Assembly (NCBI GenBank): GCA_002104905.1
Contig: MCFE01000739.1
Span: 1-40,840 of the forward strand
Direction: 5' to 3'
DNA length: 40,840 nt
DNA from: Basidiobolus meristosporus CBS 931.73
Lineage: Eukaryota > Fungi > Basidiobolomycota
Part shown: positions 1 through 13,432 of the stretch, piece after piece
How positions within the stretch are numbered: position 1 is the first letter of the stretch
Layout: every line of letters starts with the position of its first letter
The notes under the pieces: model-generated
Database searches by the model: none
The model's input: the letters and a program-made list of their open reading frames with translations, nothing else
What the model was told of the DNA's origin: nothing
Translations under genes and position numbers: made by a program

Positions 1-2973
1 CACCACTGCCTTGGGTGTTCCACATATAGCTGAATAAAAAAAAATATGGCCTCCTGCTTACTAACCTCTACAAATGCACACACCTGCTGCAATTGACATA
101 CTACTATCACCTCAACTTTAGGGCTTTTTAGTGGAATACTTGCAAAGTTGCCCTTTACCTTGCAATGTTGGTAGTATAAACATCTCACAAACATACATTT
201 GGTTGTTGCCACTTCTGCAATGAATACCTTCTGAACATCTGCAAGGAGCTTCTGGGTATTTAGCCAATATATACCTTCTCCTAGCTGGATTCTAGTCCCC
301 CTTATAAGTGCACTCTGGCTCTTATTTGTGTGAATCCATACTGAATGGTGTAGAAGTTGGCTTGTGAGCAAGAGAAATTGGCATACCTTAGTAGAGATTT
401 CCTAATAATAGTTAGTTGCTTGTTGCACCCATCCCAACTTTGCATTACTTGACTGATTACCAATGGGTTGGGGCTGCTTAGCTTCTTAATGCCATAGGCA
501 TAGGTGTCTCCATGCGCACATCTGTCCTCAGTATTTTCCATGTTTGTTTGTAGTATAGCCACTCAAATCCTGTCATTAACTTCTTGCACAACTGCTTTAG
601 ATGCATCAAATTGGCATTTGTGAGCTGCTTCTGGATAGATTTTCCTACAATGTCCTCATATGAATGCCAATGCTTCCAGTGTATGCATGGTACAAATGGC
701 TTTGGAATGCTACTTAAATAAACAACTATCCACTTCATTGAGACCTTACACTTGTGTTGTAGTATATACATATGAATGTTGATTGGAGTCCATGAGAAGT
801 ACTTGGTGTAGCAGATACTCTGTAATATCTTCCCAATTCTTTTAAATTTCTCTGGTACCTCAAATAGCTCATTTAGCTTGAAATGTACCATGAACAACTT
901 GGTCATCAGTGTAGGGATATTGCTGGAAAGCAAATGCATTGCTCCCAATAGGAAGCTTTTGCTCAAACATATACCCTCTATGTTAAGTATTTCCAATTTT
1001 CAATTGATTCCATATTCTGGCAAATGGCTTATAGTTTACCAACTTTGCTGCAGTTGTATGCTGTCATGATCACATGACAACCATGAACACCCATGCCAAG
1101 TTTCAGCTTCCTAGCTCAATTTCTAAGAGATTCCTTCTAGAACCTTCTACTACCTTCCAGAAAGTTCCTGACCCTTCCAAACCACTGTTACACAATGGAA
1201 CATTCCATGGAAGCTTCCCATTGTATTTTTCATAGTCCAGTACCATATATGGAAATACCAGGTCACGTGACTTAGTGACATGATCAGGTGACCTAATCCA
1301 CTTCCCCATCCTGTCTCAGTGCCGTGTCATCTATGTCATTTTCCCCAGCACCAATGCTGTGCCTCACCCCACAACCCCATTAGTATTAGCCAATATCTCT
1401 CCGCATCTGTATAACCAAAAAGTATATATAGTCCTATCCCCCCTTAAGTATTCCTCAGTCTGATAAACACAGGTCCTGAATAAATAGCCTTGCCTTCGAA
1501 ATCCGCCTTGCCTTGTTGATCCACACCTAAGTCCTTTCCTGGTCCTGCCTTGCCTAGCCCTACTCTCCTGCCTTGTGTCTATTCATAACATATGCTGACT
1601 TCTGTATGTTCTCCCAGTGGAAAGATGATATTCATAGTGTTGGTGTTTGGGTAACTATAATGTGGGTTAGTTATGGAGTAAATCCCCTGGATCTCAGACA
1701 TATGACAGCAATATTGTCCATTGTGCCCAGAAAAACCTGCTATCTTGCTGATGGCTTGGGTATCTCCAATGCAGATAATAATATGTGCTTTTACATGATG
1801 GCCATTTACTGTTATTCCACTGGAAAGCATGAAAAACTCATTCAGCAATGGTTTCAGGTTGCTTTTGAGGTTGGACAGTGATTTAGGCCTAGATATCAAT
1901 GAGACTACCATCAGATGATTGCTCTGATACCATAGGATGGGTGGACATTTGTATTGATGAGAATCAGTGACCTGTGGGATTTGCTGCTAGAGTGCTTGTT
2001 TAATGAGAATCCATCAAGCGCTAAATCAAAGGCGTGGTCAGACAAACCTTCAAGGTAGCCCTTGCTTCTTGGCTGTTGGTAATGTTTGCCATCAAATATA
2101 TTGGATATGTTTGCGCTTGATTGTTAATGAGTGTGGTACTGTATAGCCTTGCAATATTTGTTGGACTGCATTAGCTTCCTTAGACAGAGTATCACTGGAA
2201 TATATTTGCAGTGTGAGCAATGTTTTCCCTCAATGGTCATAGTTTCCTCACAATTTGGACATGTTGCAAAGATAGCATTTTTTGATGTGAATGCCATGCA
2301 ACTGTTAATGCATGCTGGAATCAGGGCAGTCTCTGGCTCATATGTTGCCATCCACATAACAGTTGTTCACTTGTACCATGTACATGGTAAGTTGCATCCT
2401 GGTATGATTTTAGCAAGAAGTAGTGATAAATCCTCAATGCCCCCATTACTGATATTAGTGGAAGCTCACTACTTCTCCAGCCACAACATTATATCATTCA
2501 CCAGTAGATGGACTACTGGGCTCACTTGGCTCCACAAAGTATCCTTGGCATTTGTTTCAACAGGTGTTGTCTCATTGCATAATGGGATTTGACTGGGCTC
2601 ATGGATGGTACTGTTGTCAAGGGAGATCGACTCACAATCCAGTAGTGAACCTTTTTTGTGAGAGCTATCACTCTGCATGCCATATTATGAAGGCTGTGAG
2701 CATAAAGTTGTCACAAACACACCCAACTCAGTTTGCACAAGGTGACAAAGACAGCCAGGTGTCAATATAGAAGTATCAACTAGCCAGCAAGATAATGTTG
2801 GTACAGTAGTAACCATGAATGGTCAATATGACTTGGGTGGAAACACACTGGCCATGATCCTTGTAATATTTCCTATGCTGTCTGCATACTTCAGGGCTGA
2901 GAGGCTTGCTACAATAGCTACATGGCCTTTTTTCTTTTCTCTTATAGTGTTGAGCAAAAGTAGTCTTGTCCAT
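1..2973 (-). pseudogene. EnSpm/CACTA-like transposase (Transposase_21/DUF4218-type), copy 1, decayed; runs off the window start
   Basis: Fragmented minus-strand frames give MDKTT..CSYCSKPL..H, PACINSCMAF..CPNC, LALDGF, P(L)LNEF..SGI..VKAHII..GDTQAISKIAGFSGHNG, LGAMHLL..NIP, W..W...S..KPF, consistent with EnSpm transposase motifs. Many stops and frameshifts. Interrupted by a solo LTR at 1062-1590. Confidence 0.85.
1062..1590 (+). mobile_element. Solo LTR, family A (529 bp), inserted in transposase copy 1
   Basis: Ends TGTCATGA...TCATAACA. 5-bp TSD TATGC at 1057-1061 and 1591-1595. Removing it restores the sequence seen uninterrupted in copy 2 (~9620-9650). TATA-like (GTATATATAG) and AATAAA motifs on plus. 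Confidence 0.92.
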
Positions 2974-3197
2974 GGGGCAAACAGTTTGACCTTCAACAGC
3001 TTAACACTATCATATCACTTTTTGATCAATACTCATGTGAACTTAAGACAGTCTTATATTTGAGACATTGAACCTACATGAATGTAAGATTTAATGATAA
3101 CCTGCCATAGTAAGCATTATTAATAAAGTTGTGGCACAACATACACATGTATATGTGGCACTATTTCCCCTTTGGTTTGACTCACTTCCATGTACAT

Positions 3198-6116
3198 TTG
3201 CTGCTAAAGAATAAAGCAAAGTTTCCTGGTTCCTGACCAAACCCCATACTGACAGCAGTAGAAGAACATATGGACAACAGCTTGCTTTGACATTCAGTGC
3301 AACAAGCAGGGCTACATCCAAAAAAGATCATGTTAACAGTGTGCCCACTGAACATGATAATTTGGACTCCCCAGGCCGTCAGTCAAGAAGATAATTGAGA
3401 ACCTCTGTGGAGCCACAAGCTGACTGTTATGCTAAGGCAGTACACCTAGTTGAAGACCAGCAAGTGGCTGTCATAACATCACCACCACCAATATTAGCAA
3501 GTATGCTGTCAGCTCATACCAAAGCAATAATGAAGCAATTAGGTGCAGTGGCTGACAGAATAGATACAGTGGCCCCAAGAAATCTGAAAATAGTTCAGAA
3601 ACAGAGTGAGTGGATAATATGTGTACAGCAATCAATATCCCAGGTAGAGAAAGCAGTATCTTTGCTGCAAGGAAGGAACTTAAGTAGCTCAATGCCACAG
3701 CCAAGAATTGCACCATTTCCAATTGTAACAGCAGAAGAACACCATAGAGTCTTTGAGGCACAACAACAGTGCCCAAAGATGAAGTCCACAGAAAGGCTTA
3801 TCACAGCATAGGCATTGAAGATCTGTGAAGCTGTTGAGTACAATAATGAAGAGTGGGCTGATATGCAAGAGGCTGTCAGAAGCCTAGCATGCCATCAACT
3901 TAAGGCCAGGATACCTTGGGACCATCAGGAACTCAAGGCCTAGAAGAATGCACTTGACTTGCTCCATGTGCATTGTGGTGGTGTATAAGTCCAAGGGAGA
4001 GATACATCCAACACTTCTCAAGTGTTTGGCTTGTGGGGTGTTCACTAGGTGCAATAACCTCTGGCAAAAGCTTGCTAGGAATACTTGGGTTCTGTCTCTA
4101 ATCTAATGTGAAGGGGAATAAAGCCACAAGCTTGTCAAGGGAAAACTATTGAGCTACAATCCCCAACTTAGTTGGTGTCTTAACAAAAGTATGTGCTGAG
4201 TTCAGTGTCCTTTGAGATGACAATGTACTAAAGCTTCCAAAGTCAAAACAACTGTAAACCCCACCAGCAGGGACTTGATAAGAATGCAGCTGTGGTCAAT
4301 AGTTACAAAGACAGAAAAGTATCTTTGCCTGTACAAGAACAAACTTGGGAAAGAATCAAATATAATAAAAGATACCTACTCTCAGTATTCCTCACAAGTA
4401 GTGCCTCCAAGATCAGTTGGCTGTCAGCGTGGTGTCCCGGGAGTGTCCAGCACAGTTTCCTGGGAGTGTCCTGTGGTCTGGGGTTCAAAGTTCAGGTAGC
4501 AGCAGGTAGCAGTGATCACACTAATCAACAAGTTGGTATATTGATAAAAGGGATGATCATTTATTGTTGAGGGATAACCTTCCTTATATACTTTTCTTAC
4601 TGGCTAAGTGATTACTAATCATGGTGTTCCAGAAGGTTCCAGAGATCAATAGAGATCTTAATGACATCAGAATGACCTAAGAATGTTCTAAGTAGGTGCC
4701 GGAAGGTTCAAAGAGGCACAGCGCATCCAACCAATCAGGAATTAATATTCTGAAACCTGGGTAACATACGGATACCATATATGGTATGGGAATGGTAGGG
4801 ATGGTGACACGGGTGGATCATGTGTCATGGGTACTGGCGCGGGTACCTGCCTAATATAGAAGCACTTATAGCTAGTGATGTTACATAAAGTGAGGGGTAA
4901 CTTATGCAATAAGGTAAGCAGGTGTGATAGTCAACTGGCTTATGGGATACTACTGATCAGGTAAGACATATGGGATAAAACTAAAATCAGTGTAGTAGAG
5001 ATATAGGGAAGTAGGAAATAAGGGAATGAGCACATCTGTTAGTGGGTGTCACTGTCACCCCACTACAGCATTATCCTGGATTCAAATGGGCAAATAGATG
5101 TTGCTCCAGCATTGGTATACTAAGAAAGCAGCTTAACAATAGCAGTAACTATCAAAGGCAGACGAACAAGGGTACTATGGCTAAAAATCAGTGGCTTCCT
5201 CAAGAGCCTGTCACAAGCAGGGCCAAAAGCTCTAGACAAGTGTCAAAGAGACATCAGGTAGCTGGAAGAGTGCCAATTAGGGACAAGCGGGCAGACACAG
5301 ATGAATTAGCATAACATTTATCAATGAAAAAGCATAGTACCACTCAAGAGGCACTCAGTCAAAGTAGCAGTGAAGGACCTGGCAATGATAAAAACAAGCG
5401 GCTTTTACAGGGGCCCATCACAACTTTGGTTGAGAGCCTGAAACATGCAGAATAGAAATATCAAGTTGTCAGAAAAGTGCCAGCAAGGGATAAGCTGGGC
5501 CTGAACAGATGTGTTAGAGCTGAATTTACCAAGGAGAAAATGTATTACATTACAAGTATCATTGAGACAAAGTAGCAGTGAAAGACCTGGCAGTGTTAAA
5601 GAAAATGGTAAATGAGAATATGTGTACCAAAGCCTGAGACAGCAAGTCATGCAAAAAGAACTGCAGTTTGAGTCAATTAACAACGCAAGCCTAGAATAGG
5701 CTGAATCCTATCATAGCCAAGAAGAATTACCAGTAAGAAAACAGCTGTTTTCACCAGAGCTGGAAGCACAGCCAGTTGAGCTACACTCCAGCAAGGTAGT
5801 TGAGTTTGCTGAAAAAGGCAATTTGTCTACCACAGCCTCTACATCCTGCATTATTGACAGAGTGGAGATCTAACTGGCAGATAAGGCTACAATATCAAGA
5901 GCTTGAAAAACTATAGCAATACCTTCAGTGGAATTTTGGAACATTACTTGGCACATCAAGAGGTTGCAGCATTCCTCCAAGAACAGTGCTCAAGAAAACA
6001 CACTTGAATATTGCAAGGATTTATTGCAAAGACTGGCAGATGAGGTGCTCTACCTTGCAGTGCCAGCTGAAGACCAGGACATGTGGGAACAACTAAATGA
6101 AAATGGGGACCAGTGA
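3198..6116 (+). pseudogene. Second ORF (ORF2, unknown function) of the EnSpm-like element, copy 1, decayed; interrupted by LTR-B
   Basis: Frames 3395-3811, 5068-5314 and 5928-6116 are colinear with the ORF2 copies at 6270-8139, 17050-18682 and 39518-40290. It starts about 225 bp from the transposase start, divergently. Confidence 0.7.
3974..5067 (-). mobile_element. Solo LTR, family B (1094 bp)
   Basis: Ends TGTGGTG...CACTACA. 4-bp TSD GCAT at 3970-3973 and 5068-5071. The empty site is seen in ORF2 copy 2 (~7300). TATA and AATAAA motifs lie on the minus strand. Confidence 0.92.
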
Positions 6117-6269
6117 ACAAACATTGGCATAAAGCCAAAGGGTTCCTGTCAATGTCATGAACGCAGAGCATTACAGCAACAAGTAATTCCATTAAAATCT
6201 ACCAATCAATAAGTATTTCTTCTGCAACACTCTGGTTCCACAACTTTGGCAGGAACCCAAAGGCTTCAT

Positions 6270-8139
6270 GCCACTGTTCATTCAGTGGTTCTCACATGTC
6301 CTGATCTTCAGCCAGCATTGCAAGGTCTAGCTCCTCATCTGCCAGTCTTTGCAATAAATCCTTGCAATATTCCTGTGTACTTGCTTGAGCACTGCTCTTG
6401 ACAAAGTGCTTCAACCTCTTGGTGTGCCTATTAAAATTCCAAAACTCCACTGAAGGCATTGTGATAGTCTTTCAAGCTCAGGACATTGTAGCCTTGTCTG
6501 TCAGTGGGATCTCTACTCTGTCTACAATGGAGGCTGTGGTAGACAAATTGCCTTTTTCAGCAAACTCTTCTACCATGCTGGAGTGTAGCTCAACTGGCTG
6601 CGTTTCTAACTCTTGTGAAAACACCTGTTTTCTTGTTGGTAATTCTTCTTGGCTCTGATGGGACTCAGTCTGTTCCTGGCTTGCAGTGTTAATTTGCAGG
6701 AACTGCAGTTTCTTTTGCATGCCTCCCTGTCTCTGGCTTGGGTAGACATTTTTCCCTTTACCTTTTCCTATATCACTGCCAGGTCTTTCACTGCTACTTT
6801 ATCTGAGTGCTTCTTATAAAGAACTACATTTTCTCCTGGATAAATTCTGCTCTGATGCACCTGTTTTGGTCTGCTTGTCCCTTGCTGGCACTCCTCTGGC
6901 AACCTGACATTTCCTTTCCACTTGGTTTAAGCTCTCAGCCTTAGTTGTGATGGGCTCCTGTAAAAGCGGCTGGTTTTTATCACTGCCAGGTCCTTCACCA
7001 CTACTTTGACTGGGTGCTTCTTGAGTGGTACCACGCTTTTTCCTTGATAAGTATTATGCTGGTGCATCCATGTCTGCCTGCACGTCCCTAATTGGCACTC
7101 TTCCAGCTACCTGACATCTCTTTAACACTTGTGTGGAGCTTTCAGCCCTGCTTGTAACAGGCTCTTGAGGAAGCCGCTGGTTTTTAGACATGGCACCCTT
7201 GTTCTTCTGTCTTGGATATTTTCTGCTATTCTTAAGATACTTTCTTAGCATACCAATGCTGGCCCAAAATCTGTTTGCCTGTTTAAATCCAGGATAATGC
7301 TCATGCAATAAGTGAAGTGCATTCTGCTTTGCCTTGAGTTCTTGATGGTCCCATGGTATACTTGCCTAATGGTGATGGCATGCTAGACTTCTAATGGCCG
7401 CTTGTATATTAGCCCACTCTTCATTATTGCACTCAATGGCTTCACAGATCTTCAATGTCTTTTGATTTTGAGGCTTTGGTATAAACACCACATTGTTTCC
7501 CTCCCATGCTGTGATAAGCTTTTCTGTGGACTTCATCTTTGGGCACTGTTGTTGTGCTTCAAAGACTCTATGGTGTTCTTCTGCTGTTACATTGGGAAAT
7601 GGCGCAATTCTTGGCTGTGGCATTGAGCTACTTGAGTTCCTTCCTTGCCACAAAGATACTGCTTTTTCTACCTGGGATATTGATTGCTCTACATGTACTA
7701 TCTGCTCATCCTGTTTCTGGACTATTTTCAGATTTCTCTGGGCCATGGCATATATCCTATCAGCCACTGCATCTAATTGCCTCATTAATGCTTTGGTATG
7801 AGCTGACAACATACTTGCTAATATGAGTGGTGGTGATGTTATCATGGCCATATGCTAATCTTTAACTGATGGTACTGTGTTTGCTACATTCTCATCTGCC
7901 TGAGCATAATAGTCAGCTTGTGACTCTGCAGAGGTTCTCACTGGCCTACTTGACTGAAAGGCTGAGGAGCCTGCATTATTACTTTCAATGGGCACACTGT
8001 CCACAAAGCCTTTTTTGGATGTAGCCCTGCTTGTTGCACTGAATGTCAAAGCAAGCTGTTGTCCAATTGCTCATCTGTTGCTGTCAGCAGTGCGGTTTGG
8101 TTGAGAACTAGAAAACTTTGCTTTATTTCTTGGCAGCAT
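6270..8139 (-). pseudogene. ORF2 of the EnSpm-like element, copy 2
   Basis: Reverse complement reads MLPRNKAKF... from ATG 8139. Provided ORFs 7855-8049, 7366-7851, 7054-7308 and 6478-6720 match ORF2 copy 1 in inverted orientation. Confidence 0.72.
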
Positions 8140-8361
8140 ATATATGTAAGTGAGTCAAACCAAAGGGGAAATGGTGCTACATATACATGTGTATGTGGTG
8201 CCACAACTTTATTTATAATGCTTACTATGATGGGTCATCATTGAACCTCACATTCATGTAGGCGCAAGGTCTCAAATACAAGACTGTCTTAAGTTCACAT
8301 GAGAATTGACCACAAAGTGACATAATAGCGTTATGTTGTTGAAGGGCAAACTGTTTGGCCC

Positions 8362-11300
8362 ATGGACAAGACTACTTTGACTCAACACCATGAGAGAAGA
8401 GAAAAAAGACCATGTGGCTATTGTGGCAAGCCTCTAAGACATGAAGCACGCAGACAGCATAGGAAATACTACAAGGATCATGGCTGGTATTTTGCCACCC
8501 AAGTCATATTTGACCATTCATGGTCACTACTGTACCAACATTATCTTGCCAGCCAGTTGGTACTTCTATATTGGCACCTGGCTGATTTTGAGCCTATCTC
8601 CCCTAACAACAGTACCACATATGAGCCCGGTCAAATCCCTATATGCAATGAGACAACACCCATTGAAACAAATGCAAAGAATACTATATGGAGCCAAGTG
8701 AGCCCAGTAATCCATCTACCGGTGAATGATGTAATGTTGTGGCTACAAAATTGACATGTTTCCACTAATATCAGTAATGGGGGCTTTGAGCATTTATTAC
8801 TACTTCTTGCCAAAATTATACCAGGATGCAACCTACAATGCACATGGTACAAGTGGACAATTGTCATGCAGCTGGCAACATATGATCCAGAGGCTGTCCT
8901 GATTCCAGCATTTGTTAACAGTTGCATGGCATTCACATCCAAAAATGCTACTGTTGCAATATGTCCATAATGTCAGGAATCCACCACCATTGAGGGAAAA
9001 CATTGTTTACACTCCAGATATATTCTGGCTATACCCTGTCTGAGGAAGCTGATGCAGTCCAACAAGTATTGCAAGGCTATACAGTACCACACTCAGTATC
9101 AATCAAGTGCAGACATATCCAAAATATTTGATGGCAAACATTACAAACAGCTAATAAGCAAGGGCTACTTTGAAGGTATGTATGACCATGCCTTTGCCTT
9201 AGCACTTGATGGATTCTCATTAAACAAGTACTCTACCAGCAAATCCTGCTGATCACTGATTTTCATCAATCTGAATTTGCCACCCATCTCATGGTATCAC
9301 AGCAATAATCTGAAGGTAGTCTCACTGGTATCTGGGCCTAAATCACCGTCCAACCTGGATAGCTACCTGTATCCATTGCTGAATGAATTTTGTATGCTTT
9401 CAAGTGGGATAAGGGTAAATGGCCATCATGTAAAAGCACATATTAATATGTGCATTGGAGATACCCCAGCTATCAGCAAGATAGCAGGTTTTCCCAGGCA
9501 CAATGGATGGTTTTGCTGTTGAATGTGTAAGATCTGGGGGATTTACTCCATAACTCACACACATTGTTATTACCCAAACAACAGCACTAAGAACATCATC
9601 CTTTCACTGAGAGTACATACAGAAGTAAGCATACAATTGCAGCAAAGTTGGCAAGCTATAAGCCATCAGCCAGAATATGGAATCAATCAGAAACCAGAGA
9701 TACTTCCAATAGAGGGTATCTGTTGGAGCAAAAGCTTTCCACTGGGAGCAATGCATTTACTTTTCAGAAATATCCCTATACTGATGACCAAGTTGTACAT
9801 GGGGCATTTTAAGCTAAAAGAGCCCTTTGAGGTACCAGAGAAACTTGAAAGAATTGGCAAGATAGTACAGAGTATCCACTACTGCAGGTACTTCTCACAG
9901 GCTCCAAATAATATTCATATGCATATGCAACAATACAATTGCAAAGACTGGATGAGCTGGATATGTATTTATTCAAGTAGTATTCTGAAGCCATTCCTAC
10001 CAGGAGTACATTGGAAGAATTGGGAGTCATATGTGGACATTGTAGGAACATTTATCCAGAAGCAGATCACCAATGCCAACTTGATGCATCTACAGCTGTT
10101 GTGTGAGGAGTTTGTAATGGAATTTTGGGTGGCTATACTACAAACATAAAGCTGAATGTGTAGATATCTGCTGCTACTGCATCCATTCTCTACTCCATCT
10201 TGCATGGTGTGTGGAGAATATTAGGCCTTGCTTCACCTTTTGGGAGTTTCCTATGGAGTGGCTCTGTGGGGAGATAGGAAGACAAGTCAAGTTGCAGGTA
10301 CTACCATATCTCAATCTCAACAAGAATATTACCTTCAAGTCCGTCATGGATGTAATCAGTTGGCACATGGTGGACAGCCTGAAAGAGTTGGAAAATACTG
10401 AGGACAAATGTGCACATTGAGACACCTATGCCTATGGCCTTAAGAAGCCAAGCAGCCTCAATGAGTGGGTAATCAGTTAAGTAATGCAAAGTTGGGTTGG
10501 GTGTAACAAGCAACTAATTTTTATCAGGAAAACTCTACCAAGATATACTGGATTTCTCAAGGTCATGAGCCAACTTCTACACCATACAATATGGAATTCA
10601 CACAAACAAAAGCTAGAACACACCAACATAGGGAGCTAGAGTTTACCTGGGAGAAGGAATGTATTGGTTAAATACCAAGAAGTTCTTTACAGATATTCAG
10701 GAGGTATTCATGGCAGAAGTGGCAACAACCAAGCATATGTTTGCAAGATGTATATGCTACCAGCAAGGCATATGGCAACTTTGCAATTATCACACTCAAA
10801 AGCCATAAAGCTCAGGTGATAGAAGTATGTCAATTGCAGTAGGTCTGTGTGTTTGTAGAGTGTTATGATCTGCCGCTTGCATGTTTAAGTTAGATCAGTA
10901 TTTAGTCAAATCAATTAGTATATGTTTAGGTTATCAGTATATCAGTATTATCTATGAAATCAGTAGCATTAGTCAGCAAATGAATCAGCAGATCCTTATG
11001 AGACAGAAATAGATATATTAAGTAGGATCTTATTGGGTGATGATGATGCAATCAAATGAGTCATCAGCCACAACCTACATTAGGAAATACAATTAGTCAG
11101 CAATTGATCTGGCAAAATGTATATAAGGAGCTGCTGGAACCTCAACAAAAATCAGTTCAAGTGTTAGTGAATACAATACAGCTAAACTCCCTATTCCTCT
11201 ACAACTCATATACCAAGACTTGTAACAAGAGGTTAGTAAGCAGGAGGCCATAGTTTTTTTTGGTTTGAACTATATGAGGAATGCCCAAGGCAGTAGTGGG

Positions 11301-11600
11301 TAAGGAAATAGCAAGGGGTGATTCTACAGTGGAATATATGAATTGCACAAGGGGAGGTAGAAAAAGGAAATACCACTTGGTAAACTGGTATGGTAGCACT
11401 ATACAAAACCAGTGGTTGGCCATCATACTGCCAATATAATGCTATCAGAGTCTTGCTGTGAGGCCGTCAAATGCCGCCAAGTTTCTTGCCATATAAGGCA
11501 ATTGGATGTCCTTGCCAACTGGATCCACATAAAATAGTAAGAGAGTGCTGAAAGACCACAACAATACCATGCAGATATTGTCCTAGCACCAATAAAATAT
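8362..11600 (+). pseudogene. EnSpm/CACTA-like transposase, copy 2 (most complete), interrupted by LTR-C
   Basis: ORFs 8362-8754, 9052-9252, 9277-9522, 9523-10149 and 10211-10420 carry DIFDGKHY..LALDGF, GPKSP.NLDSYLYPLLNEF, GDTPAISKIAGF.GHNG, GAMHLLF.NIP and FTFWEFPMEWLCG motifs. Multiple in-frame stops, several CGA>TGA-type. Confidence 0.88.
10861..11227 (+). mobile_element. Solo LTR, family C (367 bp)
   Basis: Ends TGTTATGA...TTGTAACA. 4-bp TSD AGAG. Homologous to the LTRs of the Ty3/gypsy element at 23501-29541. Empty site visible in copy 3 (~21615). Confidence 0.92.
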
Positions 11601-11709
11601 TGTCAAGCTTTATCCCATTATTTGGTTGCATAATTAGGGAAACACTATTATGATCCCATCATGAGATTGTTAGGAGGGTCACTAATTCCAAGCTTCTGTT
11701 ATTATGATG

Positions 11710-13432
11710 GTTTCTTAACAGGATCTTGACAGTTGATCCAGATTGGATCCACCTGTGGGACCAAATTATTTGTCATAGGAATACTGCTTGTCAGAAGACA
11801 CATCTTATAATGGAAGAAGATGAGGAGCCTGACAATATACACCCCAACATTTGGACCTGCTCATTAGGTATACAGGAGCAGACAGCTATGGTTCATACAA
11901 AATACATGAGAGTAGAACAGAAGATTAGACCATCACTTACACCTTTGACTGAGGGATCTTGTCCTGCTGATGACATCAGGCCACCAGAAGATATATGATT
12001 TACACCTGAGAGACCTAAGTCATTAGTGATGGAAACCTAGCACCAGAGGAGATCTTATTATTTGTAGAAACCCTGAAAAGACATGATAAGGTTTTTTCAT
12101 ATAATGACATGGAGATAGGGGTCTTAAAGACATTGGTTGAAAAACCTACTGAAAGAGGCCTTAGTATCTCCACCAGTTCTAAGACCTCTTGACTATCAGA
12201 ACACTGAATACCTACCTATTTTGACAGTGTATGCAGGCCCTATAGGACCTGGAGTACTACTTGGCCAAGATGATGAAGATTGCAACTGCTATGCCTGCAG
12301 ATATGAAAGCTGCCTATTCTCTCCTAGAAAACAAAAATACTCACAGATTAAGAGAGAGCTACTAGGAGTTGTGAAGATGCTGAGGAAGCTAGTGTCACAA
12401 CTCTACATGACACATTTCATCCTGGAGACAGATGCCAAGCCACTTATAGGAATGATCAACAAGTCTGACCTACCTGATGATGCCACAAACTGATGAATGG
12501 CATGGCTGAAAATGTTTGATTTTGAGGTCTGACATATCCCTGACAAGACATATATTGTGGCCAATGTACTCTCTAGGAAGGGACCCAATTATTTGAAGAT
12601 TTGGACCCTCACTGTGATGATATGATTGATGCAGAGATCCAACAGATTGCCATCAAAGACCTAGAGAGAACAACCTGGAGCTGGATCAAGGAATATTGAA
12701 GGATACTCAAGAAACCTAGTTGGATGGAAATTCAGGAGTTTAAAACACTCAAAAAGAAGGCACACCACTACTATCTAAAAGATGATCGTCTCTTTAAAAG
12801 AGTGAAGCCTGGACTTATGACAAGAAGAGTAGTCACTACCCCACAAGAGCAACTCAATATCATGACAAGTATCTACTGAGGAGAACCAGGAGGACATAGA
12901 GGACAAGAAGCCACCCACAATTCCACAGCTCAGAGGTACTACTGGGAAAACTTGTACTATAATATCCAACACTTTGTTGAGTCATGTGTAGCCTGCCTGA
13001 AGAGATCCTCTAAGCATTATAAAGAACCACTGCATCCTACTTACATAACCTGTCTTTGGCAAAAGGTTGGTGTTGACCTTCTCCACATGCCAACAGCTGG
13101 ATCAAAGAAGTACCTGATTGCTGCTAGAGATGACCTCAGTGGATGGGCAAAGGCTTGAGCCTTGCCCTACAACAAGTGCCATACCATATGGAGATTTATA
13201 CTTGAAGGCATTATCTGCAGATTTGGCTGCATCCAACAGTTTGTTGCTGACTGAGGAGTGATGAAATCCCAAATGATCCAGGAGTTATGCTAAGAGTACA
13301 AGATATACATTGCTTTTACTACAGCTTACCATCCTCAAGCCAATGAAGTGGTAGAGAGAGGACATGGACCACTGGTAAACTCTCTTGTCAAGACCTGTAA
13401 GAATAATGCAACCCTGTGGCCACAGCAAAAAA
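11710..13432 (+). pseudogene. Ty3/gypsy pol remnant (second family): pre-RT linker, most RT deleted, RNase H, integrase N-terminal/core
   Basis: LKEALVSPPVLRPLDY, YSQIKRELLGV, LETDAKPLIGMIN, (R)WMAWLKMFDF, VANVLSR (RNase H). GGHRG..RYYW..Y..I.HFVESC..C, WQKVGVDL, ARDDLSGW, TAYHPQAN.VVERGH (integrase). Confidence 0.85.

Noticed and set aside
4275-4570. Recurrent short ORFs in LTR-B (MIRMQLWS..., MVNSYKDRK...) as a novel small gene
   Set aside because: They recur only because the LTR is repeated. Lengths and stops differ between copies and there is no domain signal.
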